A DNA stretch of 64,000 nucleotides from Rubrivivax sp. GTDB lineage: Bacteria > Pseudomonadota > Gammaproteobacteria > Burkholderiales > Burkholderiaceae_C. Shown here in pieces: positions 33,254 through 42,476 of the stretch (position 1 is its first letter; each line of letters starts with the position of its first letter). The DNA is taken from positions 15,225 through 79,224 of the forward strand of contig JBIKLC010000012.1 in the NCBI GenBank assembly GCA_044360025.1, read 5' to 3'. The translations under genes and the position numbers were made by a program. The notes beneath the pieces were generated by a model that was given only the letters and a program-made list of their open reading frames with translations, searched no databases and was not told the origin of the DNA.

Positions 33254-35668
33254 ATGGCACAGGCATCGCTGGCGACCGCCCTGGTCGTACCGTTCGAACA
33301 ACTGAGGATGACCGACGTCGAGGTCGTTGGCGGCAAGAACGCCAGCCTCGGCGAGATGATCAGCCAGCTGGCGCACGCCGGCGTTCGCGTGCCCGGGGGC
33401 TTTGCCACCACGGCGCACGCGTTCCGCACCTTCCTGCGCGAGGGCGGGCTCGAGCAGCGCATCAACGACACGCTCGCCCGGCTCGACGTCGACGACGTGC
33501 GCGCCCTGGCCGAGACCGGCGCCATGGTGCGCCGCTGGGTGCTGGAGGCGCCGCTGCCGGCCGCGCTGGAGGCCGAGGTCCGCGCGCACTACGAGCGCCT
33601 GGTGGCCGAGTCGCCCGAGGCCAGCTTTGCGGTGCGCTCGTCGGCCACGGCCGAGGACCTGCCGGACGCCAGCTTTGCAGGCCAGCAGGAGACCTTCCTG
33701 AACGTGCGCGGCATCGACGAGGTGCTGCTGCACATGAAGGAGGTGTTCGCCTCGCTGTACAACGACCGCGCCATCAGCTACCGCGTGCACAAGGGCTTCG
33801 CGCACGCCGACGTGGCGCTGTCGGCCGGCGTGCAGCGCATGGTGCGTTCCGACGTCGGCGCCGCTGGCGTGCTGTTCACCATCGACACCGAGAGCGGCTT
33901 CCCCGACGTCGTTTTCATCACCGCCAGCTACGGGCTGGGAGAACTGGTCGTGCAGGGCTCGGTGAACCCCGACGAGTTCTTCGTCCACAAGCCCACGCTG
34001 GCGGCCGGGCGCTTCCCGGTCATCCGCCGCGTGCTGGGCAGCAAGCTGCAGCGCATGGAGTTCGCCAGCGCGGCCGACCGCGCGGCGGGCTCGCGACTCG
34101 TCAAGACCCTCGACACCCCGCCGGAACAGCGCAACCGCTACGCCATCACCGACGCCGACGCCATCGAGCTGGCCCGGTACGCGGTGATCATCGAGAAGCA
34201 CTACGGCCGCCCCATGGACGTGGAGTGGGGCAAGGACGGCATCGACGGCAAGCTGTACATCCTGCAGGCCCGCCCTGAGACGGTAAAGAGCCAGGGCCAC
34301 GGCGTGGAGCAGCGCTTCAAGCTCAAGGGCGACCACCGCAAGACACCCGTGCTGGCCGAGGGCCGCGCCATCGGCCAGAGGGTGGGCACGGGCCCGGTGC
34401 GGCTGGTGCGCAGCACGGCCGAGATGGAGCGCGTGCAGCCCGGCGACATCCTCGTCACCGACATGACCGACCCCAACTGGGAGCCGGTGATGAAGCGGGC
34501 CGCGGCCATCGTCACCAACCGCGGCGGGCGCACCTGCCACGCCGCCATCATCGCCCGCGAGCTCGGCATCCCCGCCGTGGTGGGCTGCGGCGACGCCACC
34601 GAGAAGCTGGCCGAGGGCGCGCTGGTCACCGTCAGCTGCGCCGAGGGCGACACCGGCTTCATCTACGACGGGCTGATCGAGACCGAGGTCACCGAGGTCC
34701 AGCGCGGCGAGATGCCGTACTGCCCGATCAAGATCATGATGAACGTCGGCAACCCGACGCTGGCCTTCGACTTCGCGCAGATGCCGTCCAGCGGCGTCGG
34801 CCTGGCGCGGCTGGAGTTCATCATCAACAACAACATCGGGGTGCACCCGAAGGCCATCCTCGACTATCCCAACATCGACGCCGATCTGAAGAAGGCGGTC
34901 GAGAGCGTGGCGCGCGGCCATGCCAGCCCGCGCGCGTTCTACGTCGACAAACTGGTCGAGGGCGTGGCCACCATCGCGGCAGCCTTTTGGCCGCGGCCGG
35001 TGATCGTGCGCCTGTCGGACTTCAAGAGCAACGAGTACCGCAAGCTCATCGGCGGCACCCGCTACGAGCCCGACGAGGAGAACCCGATGCTGGGCTTCCG
35101 CGGGGCCAGCCGCTACATCAGCGGCGACTTCGCCGACGCCTTCGCGATGGAGTGCGAGGCGCTCAAGCGCGTGCGCGTCGACATGGGCCTCACCAACGTC
35201 GAGATCATGGTGCCCTTCGTGCGCACCGTGAAGCAGGCCGAGCGCGTCAAGGCCATGCTGGCCGAGCGGGGCCTGAAGCGCGCCGCCGAGGGTGGCACCG
35301 ACGGACTGCGCCTGATCATGATGTGCGAGGTGCCCAGCAACGCCATCCTGGCCGAGCAGTTCCTCGAGCACTTCGACGGCATGAGCATCGGCAGCAACGA
35401 CCTCACGCAGCTCACGCTGGGCCTGGACCGCGACAGCGGCCTGGAGCAGCTGGCGCACGACTTCGACGAGCGCGACCCGGCCGTGAAGGCGCTTATCTCG
35501 CGCGCCATCGCGGCCTGCCGGGCCACCGGCAAGTACGTGGGCATCTGCGGCCAGGGCCCGAGCGACCACCCCGACTTCGCCGATTGGCTGGCCCAGGAAG
35601 GCATCGTGTCGATCTCGCTGAACCCCGACACGGTGATCGAGACCTGGCTCAGGCTGGCCAAGCGCTGA
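33254..35668 (+). CDS. ppsA: Phosphoenolpyruvate synthase
   Basis: [45 protein letters not shown] and [13 protein letters not shown]. Confidence 0.98.
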   Translation: MAQASLATALVVPFEQLRMTDVEVVGGKNASLGEMISQLAHAGVRVPGGFATTAHAFRTFLREGGLEQRINDTLARLDVDDVRALAETGAMVRRWVLEAPLPAALEAEVRAHYERLVAESPEASFAVRSSATAEDLPDASFAGQQETFLNVRGIDEVLLHMKEVFASLYNDRAISYRVHKGFAHADVALSAGVQRMVRSDVGAAGVLFTIDTESGFPDVVFITASYGLGELVVQGSVNPDEFFVHKPTLAAGRFPVIRRVLGSKLQRMEFASAADRAAGSRLVKTLDTPPEQRNRYAITDADAIELARYAVIIEKHYGRPMDVEWGKDGIDGKLYILQARPETVKSQGHGVEQRFKLKGDHRKTPVLAEGRAIGQRVGTGPVRLVRSTAEMERVQPGDILVTDMTDPNWEPVMKRAAAIVTNRGGRTCHAAIIARELGIPAVVGCGDATEKLAEGALVTVSCAEGDTGFIYDGLIETEVTEVQRGEMPYCPIKIMMNVGNPTLAFDFAQMPSSGVGLARLEFIINNNIGVHPKAILDYPNIDADLKKAVESVARGHASPRAFYVDKLVEGVATIAAAFWPRPVIVRLSDFKSNEYRKLIGGTRYEPDEENPMLGFRGASRYISGDFADAFAMECEALKRVRVDMGLTNVEIMVPFVRTVKQAERVKAMLAERGLKRAAEGGTDGLRLIMMCEVPSNAILAEQFLEHFDGMSIGSNDLTQLTLGLDRDSGLEQLAHDFDERDPAVKALISRAIAACRATGKYVGICGQGPSDHPDFADWLAQEGIVSISLNPDTVIETWLRLAKR

Positions 35669-35833
35669 GCGACCCGGGCGCCCACAGGACCCGGAGTGCC
35701 CTTGCAGGGCCTCTGGTCTTGTGGCCGGCGACCTAGGGAAACACCTATCGGGGCTTGCGAGGCAGCGCCCCGACAGCGTCAGAGACCCGTAAGCGCCCCC
35801 GCAAAGAGTGCGGTCTGCTTCCTTGCGGTCCGC

Positions 35834-36139
35834 ATGCTTACCTTTCTCAACCTCGTCCAGGTGGTCCTTTACGTGGCGCTGCTCGCCCTGATGGGCCAGG
35901 GTGTGCTGTACGTGCTGGCCGGTGCCAAGCGCGAGACCAACCTCTTCTACACGCTGCTTCGCGTCATCAGCAAGCCGTTTACGGTGCCGGTGCGCAAGAT
36001 CACGCCCCGGCAGGTGGCCGACCACCACGTGCCCATCGTCACCTTCTTCCTGCTCGCCATCGTGTACGCCATCGTCACGTTCGAGCGCGCCGACCTCTGC
36101 GTCACCTCCAACTTGGTCGGGCAACCCGGCTGCCGATGA
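35834..36139 (+). CDS. Small membrane protein, YggT-like
   Basis: Two hydrophobic segments flank NLFYTLLRVISKPFTVPVRKITP, which resembles the YggT loop; the stop overlaps the next ATG (ATGA). The family call is a by-eye inference. Confidence 0.65.
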   Translation: MLTFLNLVQVVLYVALLALMGQGVLYVLAGAKRETNLFYTLLRVISKPFTVPVRKITPRQVADHHVPIVTFFLLAIVYAIVTFERADLCVTSNLVGQPGCR

Positions 36140-36714
36140 AGCCCTTCGAGTACCTGCAGCTGAAGTGGCGGGCCATCGCCTGGCTCGTGATCGGGCGCCA
36201 GGGTCCGGCGCTGGAGACCTTCGACCAGATGGCGCAGCGCTGGCCCGACGATCCCTACGTGCTGGCCAGCCGCGTCCACCTGCTCGGCGAGGCGGGCCGC
36301 ACGGTCGATGCGCTGGAGGCCTCTTCCCGCCTGGTGGCCGTGCAGCCCGACAACGCCGGCCACTGGTTCAACCGCGGCTACATGCTGGAGGCCGCCGAGC
36401 GCTGGGACGAGGCCCTGGCCGCGTTCCGCCGCGCCATCGAGCTGTCGCCGAAGCTCGACCGGGCCTGGTACGGCATGGGCCTGGTGCTGATCCGCCTGCA
36501 GCGCTACGACGAGGCCGTCGAGGCGCTGAAGCGCAACACCGAACTGCAGCCCATGAGCCCCTACGGCTGGTACCAGCTGGCGCGTGTGCACGTCGACCGC
36601 CAGGCCCCGGAAGAGGCCATCAAGATCATCAAGCACCTGCAGGGGTTCGAGCCCAAGGTCGCGGCGCAGTTGGCGCGCGAGACCGGGCTCGTGCCCGTGC
36701 AGCCCACGCTCTGA
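36136..36714 (+). CDS. Tetratricopeptide-repeat protein
   Basis: TPR units AGHWFNRGYML...EALAAFRRAIELSP, AWYGMGLVL...EAVEALKR and GWYQLARVH. Confidence 0.85.
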   Translation: MKPFEYLQLKWRAIAWLVIGRQGPALETFDQMAQRWPDDPYVLASRVHLLGEAGRTVDALEASSRLVAVQPDNAGHWFNRGYMLEAAERWDEALAAFRRAIELSPKLDRAWYGMGLVLIRLQRYDEAVEALKRNTELQPMSPYGWYQLARVHVDRQAPEEAIKIIKHLQGFEPKVAAQLARETGLVPVQPTL

Positions 36715-36805
36715 GGAGGCCGCCCACCGAGGGCGGCGCCGCCGAGGTTTTCGTGAGAGAGAGACAGGCCCGGTCCGGGTCGAACATTGAGAAGGGGTGA
36801 CAACC

Positions 36806-37063
36806 ATGCAGGTGAGTGAGAACCACCAGCGATACTGGTCGAAGAACCTCAGGATCACCGCGATCCTGCTGTCGATCTGGTTCGTGGTGACTTTCGTGGT
36901 CTCGTACTTTGCGCGCGACCTGAGCTTCAACTTCTTTGGCTGGCCGTTCAGTTTCTGGATTGGCGCGCAGGGCTCGTTGCTGGTCTATCTGGCCATCATC
37001 GGGTACTACGCCCACTACATGAACAAGCTCGACCAGGAACACGGCGTTGCCGAGGAGGAATGA
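36806..37063 (+). CDS. DUF4212-family small membrane subunit of a sodium:solute symporter
   Basis: YWSKNLRIT...FFGWPFSFWIGAQGSLLVYL...YMNKLD; abuts the symporter. Confidence 0.88.
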   Translation: MQVSENHQRYWSKNLRITAILLSIWFVVTFVVSYFARDLSFNFFGWPFSFWIGAQGSLLVYLAIIGYYAHYMNKLDQEHGVAEEE

Positions 37064-37064
37064 C

Positions 37065-39194
37065 ATGGCTGGCTTGTCGTTCGAACCCAATTCTGGCGTC
37101 TCCAACAAGGAGGCCAACGAGGCCTTCAAGAAGGGGCTGAACAAGATCTACGGCTGGTACACCGGGGGCTTCATGGCCTTCGTGATCGTGCTGGCCATCG
37201 CTGAGCAGATGGGCCTCAGCCGCGCTGCCATCGGCCTGGTGTTCCTGATGGCCACGGTGGCCCTGTATGCCGGCATCGGCATCATGAGCCGCACCAACGA
37301 CGCGGCGGAGTACTACGTCGCCGGTCGTCGCGTGCCTGCCGTCTACAACGGCATGGCCACGGGCGCCGACTGGATGAGCGCCGCCTCGTTCATCGGCATG
37401 GCCGGCACGCTGTACCTCACCGGCTACGGCGGCTTGGCCTTCATCATGGGCTGGACCGGCGGCTACTGCCTGGTGGCGCTGTTCCTGGCGCCGTACCTGC
37501 GCAAGTTCGGGCAGTTCACGATTCCCGACTTCCTGGGCGCGCGCTACGAGGGCAACCTGGCCCGCTTCGTCGGCATCCTGATCGCGATCCTGGTGTCGTT
37601 CGTGTACGTGGTGGCGCAGATTTACGGCGTGGGCCTGATCACCGCGCGCCTCACCGGCCTGGCCTTCGAGATCGGCGTGTTCGTCGGCCTCGGCGGCATC
37701 CTGGTGTGCTCGTTCCTGGGCGGCATGCGCGCCGTCACCTGGACGCAGGTGGCCCAGTACATCATCCTGATCATTGCCTACATGATCCCGGTGGTGTGGC
37801 TGTCGGTGAAGCAGACCGGCGTCCCGATCCCGCAGGCCATCTACGGCGCACAGCTGCAGAAGGTCACGGAGCGCGAAGCCCAGCTGATCGCCGATCCGAA
37901 GGAGCAGGAGGTCCGCGCCGTGTTCAAGCAGCGCAGCGACGACCTCGCCGCCAAGCTGAAGGACGTGCCGACCGCCCTGGCCGCCGACCGCGCCGCCGCG
38001 CAGAAGAAGGTCGACGACCTGAAGGCCGCCAACGCGCCGCTCGCCGACATCCAGGCCGCCGAAAAGGCGCTGGCTGCCGTGCCGAAGGACGAGGCCGCCG
38101 CCAAGACGGCCTGGACCGCCGCCAAGGCGGCTGCCGATGGCCGAACCGGCCCGCTGGCCGGCATGCCGCGCCACGCGCAGCAGTACGCCGGCGATCCCAA
38201 CGGCGACGCCAAGGCGCAGACCGCCTACGACACCTCGCGCCGGAACTTCCTGGCGCTGGTGTTCTGCCTGATGGTCGGCACCGCCGCGCTGCCGCACATC
38301 CTGATGCGTTACTACACCACCCCGTCGGTGAAGGAAGCGCGTCAGTCGGTGACCTGGTCGCTGTTCTTCATCTTCCTGCTGTACTTCACGGCGCCCGCCC
38401 TGGCGGTGCTCGTCAAGTACGAGGTGTTCAACGTCCTGGTGGGCACGCCGTTCGACAAGCTGCCGGCTTGGGTGGGCGCCTGGGCGAAGGTGGATCCGAC
38501 GCTGCTGTCGATCGCCGACATCAACAAGGACGGCATCTTCCAGCTGGGTGAAATGCGCATCGGCGGCGACATCATCGTGCTGGCCACGCCAGAGATCGCG
38601 GGTCTTCCGTACGTGATCTCGGGCATGGTGGCGGCGGGCGGCCTCGCGGCGGCCCTGTCCACCGCCGACGGCCTGCTGCTGACCATCGCCAACGCGCTGA
38701 GCCACGACCTGTACTACAAGATGATCGATCCCAACGCGCCCACCGCGCGCCGGGTGATGATCTCGAAGATCCTGCTGCTGGTGGTGGCGTTGGCGGCAGC
38801 CTACGTCGCGTCGCTGAAGATGGCCGACATCCTGTTCCTGGTGTCTGCCGCCTTCTCGTTGGCCGCCGCGGGCTTCTTCCCGGCGCTGGTTCTCGGCATC
38901 TTCTGGAAGCGCGCCACCAAGTGGGGAGCGGTGCTGGGCATGCTGTCTGGCGTGACCATCACGATGTACTACATGGCCACCACGCACCCCTGGCTGCGCG
39001 GCGTGTTCGGTGTGACCGGCCCGATCCCCGACTACACCTGGTTCGGCATCGCGCCGATCTCGGCCGGCATCTTCGGCGTGCCCCTGGGCTTTGCGGTGAT
39101 CATCATCGTGAGCATGCTCACCAAGGCGCCGAACCGCGAGATCCAGGAACTGGTGGAGCACGTGCGCTACCCGAACCTGGCCGGGGCCAAGTGA
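37065..39194 (+). CDS. Sodium:solute symporter, ActP/VC_2705 subfamily (probably acetate or another monocarboxylate)
   Basis: EYYVAGR, NGMATGADWMSAASFIGMAG, FTIPDFLGARY, GTAALPHILMRYYT and AAALSTADGLLL. Confidence 0.92.
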   Translation: MAGLSFEPNSGVSNKEANEAFKKGLNKIYGWYTGGFMAFVIVLAIAEQMGLSRAAIGLVFLMATVALYAGIGIMSRTNDAAEYYVAGRRVPAVYNGMATGADWMSAASFIGMAGTLYLTGYGGLAFIMGWTGGYCLVALFLAPYLRKFGQFTIPDFLGARYEGNLARFVGILIAILVSFVYVVAQIYGVGLITARLTGLAFEIGVFVGLGGILVCSFLGGMRAVTWTQVAQYIILIIAYMIPVVWLSVKQTGVPIPQAIYGAQLQKVTEREAQLIADPKEQEVRAVFKQRSDDLAAKLKDVPTALAADRAAAQKKVDDLKAANAPLADIQAAEKALAAVPKDEAAAKTAWTAAKAAADGRTGPLAGMPRHAQQYAGDPNGDAKAQTAYDTSRRNFLALVFCLMVGTAALPHILMRYYTTPSVKEARQSVTWSLFFIFLLYFTAPALAVLVKYEVFNVLVGTPFDKLPAWVGAWAKVDPTLLSIADINKDGIFQLGEMRIGGDIIVLATPEIAGLPYVISGMVAAGGLAAALSTADGLLLTIANALSHDLYYKMIDPNAPTARRVMISKILLLVVALAAAYVASLKMADILFLVSAAFSLAAAGFFPALVLGIFWKRATKWGAVLGMLSGVTITMYYMATTHPWLRGVFGVTGPIPDYTWFGIAPISAGIFGVPLGFAVIIIVSMLTKAPNREIQELVEHVRYPNLAGAK

Positions 39195-39247
39195 TCGCCC
39201 CCTGCTGAAGCGGCAGTCCGCGGGCCTCGGCCCGCGACTGGCACCGC

Positions 39248-39285
39248 AAGGGCCGCGTCCCCCTGGGGCGCGGCCCTTTTCCTTT
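39248..39285 (+). terminator. Rho-independent terminator after the symporter
   Basis: AAGGGCCGCGTCC...GGGCGCGGCCCTT stem followed by TTTTCCTTT. Confidence 0.7.
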
Positions 39286-39313
39286 GGCAAGCCCCCGGGC
39301 CGCTGGCGGCGGC

Positions 39314-39356
39314 TTGACGCGCATCAGTGCGCGACGGCCGGGCTGGGGCCTAGCAT
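39314..39356 (+). promoter_or_regulatory. FNR/CRP-family-like site plus -10 box (class II geometry)
   Basis: TTGAC-GCGC-ATCAG (8/10 to TTGAT-N4-ATCAA) and TAGCAT at 39351-39356. Confidence 0.45.
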
Positions 39357-39362
39357 CGCGCC

Positions 39363-41288
39363 ATGAGCGATGTCACCGCCAATACCGCTGCCGCGCGGTC
39401 CACCCCGTCGGTCTCGCTGCTGGGTCACCTGCGGGCCGAGCTCGCATCGCAGCTGCCGTTCTCGGCGATGAAGTCCGAGCACGTCGAGCAGTTCCTGGCG
39501 GGCGCCTCGCAACGCTACTTCGCGCCCGGCGAAGCCGTGCTCACGCCCGCCAGCGGCCCGGTGCGCGAGTTGCTGTACGTCCGCCGGGGCAGCATCAGCG
39601 GCCGCCGCGGCGTGGCCGAGACCACCGGGCCCATTGAGTACGTGGCCGGCGACCTGTTCCCGGTCGGGGCCTTCCTGGCTGGCCGTGCCGTCACGGCCAC
39701 CTACACGGCCAACGAGGACACCTTCTGCCTGGGCCTGCCGGCCGAGGCCGCGCAGCCCCTGCTCCAGGCGAGCGCGCCCTTCGCCGACTTCCTGAACGCG
39801 CGCGTCCTGAACTTCCTCGAGCTGTCGCGGCGCGCCACGCAGGCGGCCTTCGCGTCGCAGACGCTGGCCGAGCAGTCGCTCGAGACCCGCCTTTCCGACC
39901 TCAGCCCCAAGACGCCGCTGGCCTGCCTGCCCGAGACGCCGCTGCGCGAGGCGCTGGCCACGATGCACGAGCGCCGCGTCGGCTCGATGCTCGTGCTCGA
40001 CGTGGACGGCCGCGTGCAGGGCATCCTCACGCGGCACGACATCCTGGGCCGCATCACGCTGCCGCAGCGCCCGCTGGACACGCCGATCCGCGAGGTGATG
40101 AGCGCCCCGGTGCACACGCTGGCGCACGACCAGCGGCTGTCGGATGCCGCGATGCTGATGTCGCGGCACGGCCTTCGGCACGTGCCGGTGCTGCGCGACG
40201 GGCGCGTCGTCAACATCATCTCCGAGCGCGACCTGTTCGCGCTGCAGCGCCTGTCGCTGAAGCAACTGGGCGCGAGCCTGCGCGCCGCCCCCGACGAGGC
40301 GGCGGTGGTTCAGCTGGCAGGCCGCATCCGCGAGTTCGCGCGCAACCTGCTCGGCCAGGGCGTGCACGCGCGGCAGCTGACCGAGCTGGTGAGCCACCTG
40401 AACGACCTGCTGGCCACGCGGCTGGTGGAGCTGGTGGCGGCGCGGCGCGGGCTCGACCTGGGCCGGGCGTGCTGGCTGGCCTTCGGCTCCGAGGGACGCA
40501 GCGAGCAGACCGTGGCCACCGACCAGGATAACGGCCTGGTCTTCGACAGCGGCGACCCGGCCGCCGACCGCCCCGCCTGGATCGAGTTCGGGCGCGAGGT
40601 CAACGAGGCGCTCGACCGCGCGGGCTACCCGCTGTGCAAGGGTGGCGTGATGGCCGGCAACCCGGCCTGCTGCCTGACCGCGGACGAGTGGGCCGGGCGC
40701 ATCGGCAGCTGGATCGAGCACGGTGCCCCGCAGGACCTGCTGGCCGCCAGCATCTACTTCGACCTGCGGCCGATCGCCGGCCACCTGGCGCTGGCCGCGC
40801 CGCTGGAGCGGCTGATCGCGCAGGCGCCATCGCGCGTGCCGCGCTTCCTGAAGCAGCTGGCCGAGAACTCGCTGCGCATGGGGCTGCCGCTGAACTGGCG
40901 CGGCGGCCTCGACCCCACCGAGGACGGCGACCACGCCTGGATCGACCTCAAGCTGCAGGGCACGGCGATCTTCGTCGAAGCGGCGCGGCTGTACGCGCTG
41001 GCCCACGGCCTGCCCGAGCGGGGCACGCGGGCGCGGCTGGAGGCGGCGGCGCCGCTGATGGGCGCCAGCGAGCGCGAGAGCGGCAGCTGGGTGGCGTCCT
41101 TCGAGTTCCTGCAGATGCTGCGGCTGCAGCTGCAGCTGGGGCACCGCGGCGCCGTGCCGGGGCGCGACGACAACCCCAACCGCATCGACGTGAAGCGGCT
41201 CAACGACATCGACCGCCGGCTGCTCAAGGAAAGCCTGCGCGCGGCCCGTGGCCTGCAGCAGCGGCTGCAGCTGGACTACCAGCGTTGA
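39363..41288 (+). CDS. cNMP-binding + 2xCBS + DUF294 nucleotidyltransferase + DUF294_C signal-transduction protein
   Basis: N-terminal cNMP-like domain (VRELLYVRRGSI...AGDLFPVGA), CBS pair (RVGSMLVLD...GILTRHD; HGLRHVPVL...IISERDL), and NTase motif FGSEGRSEQTVATDQDNGL. Confidence 0.9.
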   Translation: MSDVTANTAAARSTPSVSLLGHLRAELASQLPFSAMKSEHVEQFLAGASQRYFAPGEAVLTPASGPVRELLYVRRGSISGRRGVAETTGPIEYVAGDLFPVGAFLAGRAVTATYTANEDTFCLGLPAEAAQPLLQASAPFADFLNARVLNFLELSRRATQAAFASQTLAEQSLETRLSDLSPKTPLACLPETPLREALATMHERRVGSMLVLDVDGRVQGILTRHDILGRITLPQRPLDTPIREVMSAPVHTLAHDQRLSDAAMLMSRHGLRHVPVLRDGRVVNIISERDLFALQRLSLKQLGASLRAAPDEAAVVQLAGRIREFARNLLGQGVHARQLTELVSHLNDLLATRLVELVAARRGLDLGRACWLAFGSEGRSEQTVATDQDNGLVFDSGDPAADRPAWIEFGREVNEALDRAGYPLCKGGVMAGNPACCLTADEWAGRIGSWIEHGAPQDLLAASIYFDLRPIAGHLALAAPLERLIAQAPSRVPRFLKQLAENSLRMGLPLNWRGGLDPTEDGDHAWIDLKLQGTAIFVEAARLYALAHGLPERGTRARLEAAAPLMGASERESGSWVASFEFLQMLRLQLQLGHRGAVPGRDDNPNRIDVKRLNDIDRRLLKESLRAARGLQQRLQLDYQR

Positions 41289-41293
41289 GCGCC

Positions 41294-41947
41294 ATGGCCT
41301 CGTGGTGGCGGCGCTTCATGGGCGGTACGCGCAAGGCGCCCGAGCCGCGCTGGGTGGTGCTCGACGTCGAGACCAGCGGCCTGGACGCGCGCCGTGCGCG
41401 GCTGCTGGCCATCGCGGCGCTGGCCGTGCACCGCGACGGCGCCCGCTGGCGCATCGTGCCGGCCGACAGCTTCGAGGTCGTGCTGCGCTACGAGCCTCAC
41501 GAGTCCGGCGCGCCCGACCGCGACAACATCCTGCTGCACGGCATCGGCGTGGGCTCGCAGCGAGACGGCGTGGCGCGCCCCGATGCGCTGGAAAGCTTTT
41601 CCGCCTTTGTCGCTGACGCGCCGCTGGTGGCCTTCCACGCCGCCTTCGACCGCACGATGATCGAGCGCGCCTGCCGCCGCGAGAACCTGCCGGTGCCGGC
41701 CAACCCCTGGCTCGACCTCGAGCCGCTGGCCGGCGTGCTGATGCCGCAGGTGCGCGCGCGCTCGCTCGACGAGTGGATGCACGAGCTCGCCATTCCCTGC
41801 CTGGCGCGCCACGAGGCGGCGGCCGACACGCTGGCCACGGCGGAGCTGCTGCTGCGCCTGACGCCGCGCCTGAACGCCGAGATCGGCGGCGCCGGGTTCG
41901 CGGCGGCGCAGGCGCTCGCGGCGCAGCGGCGTTGGGTGGGGGCCTGA
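41294..41947 (+). CDS. DEDDh 3'-5' exonuclease-family protein (DnaQ-like, stand-alone)
   Basis: ExoI VLDVETSGL, ExoII AFHAAFD and ExoIII RHEAAAD. Confidence 0.88.
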   Translation: MASWWRRFMGGTRKAPEPRWVVLDVETSGLDARRARLLAIAALAVHRDGARWRIVPADSFEVVLRYEPHESGAPDRDNILLHGIGVGSQRDGVARPDALESFSAFVADAPLVAFHAAFDRTMIERACRRENLPVPANPWLDLEPLAGVLMPQVRARSLDEWMHELAIPCLARHEAAADTLATAELLLRLTPRLNAEIGGAGFAAAQALAAQRRWVGA

Positions 41948-41963
41948 CGGCCGCAGATGCGGC

Positions 41964-41969
41964 TATACT
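41964..41969 (+). promoter_or_regulatory. -10 box of the rpsF operon
   Basis: TATACT just upstream of the rpsF leader. Confidence 0.55.
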
Positions 41970-41977
41970 CGTGGGCT

Positions 41978-42079
41978 TTCCTTGCCGCACCCGACTCCTG
42001 GCCTTCCTGGCCGGGCACCTTCGACGCACCGGGGCGGCTTCCACCGGACCATCGGCCCGGGAATCCACAAGGAGTCTTC
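41978..42079 (+). ncRNA. rpsF leader (S6:S18-binding autoregulatory element)
   Basis: Starts TTCCTTGCC and ends AATCCACAAGGAG before the ATG, matching the ends of the enterobacterial rpsF leader as I recall them. Confidence 0.55.
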
Positions 42080-42442
42080 ATGCGTCACTATGAAATCGTG
42101 CTGCTGATCCATCCGGACCAGAGCGAACAGGTTCCGGCCATGCTGGAGCGCTACAAGGGCCTGGTCACCGCCGCCGGCGGCAAGGTCCACCGCGTCGAGG
42201 ACTGGGGCCGCCGCCAGCTGGCCTACATGATCCAGAAGCTCGTCAAGGCGCACTACCTCTGCCTCAACATCGAGTGCAGCCAGGAGACGCTGAACGAGCT
42301 CGAGACCGGCTTCCGCTTCAACGACGCCGTGCTGCGCCACCTGACGGTGGCCAAGGCCAAGGCCGAGACGGCCCCGTCGGTGATGATGAAGGCCGTCGAG
42401 CGCGAGGAAGCCCGCAAGGAACGCGCGGAGGCCCAGGCCTGA
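42080..42442 (+). CDS. rpsF: 30S ribosomal protein S6
   Basis: [18 protein letters not shown] and [10 protein letters not shown]. Confidence 0.98.
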   Translation: MRHYEIVLLIHPDQSEQVPAMLERYKGLVTAAGGKVHRVEDWGRRQLAYMIQKLVKAHYLCLNIECSQETLNELETGFRFNDAVLRHLTVAKAKAETAPSVMMKAVEREEARKERAEAQA

Positions 42443-42476
42443 GGCCGCAGCCCCGTTGCCCGCAGGGCCGGCCCGC

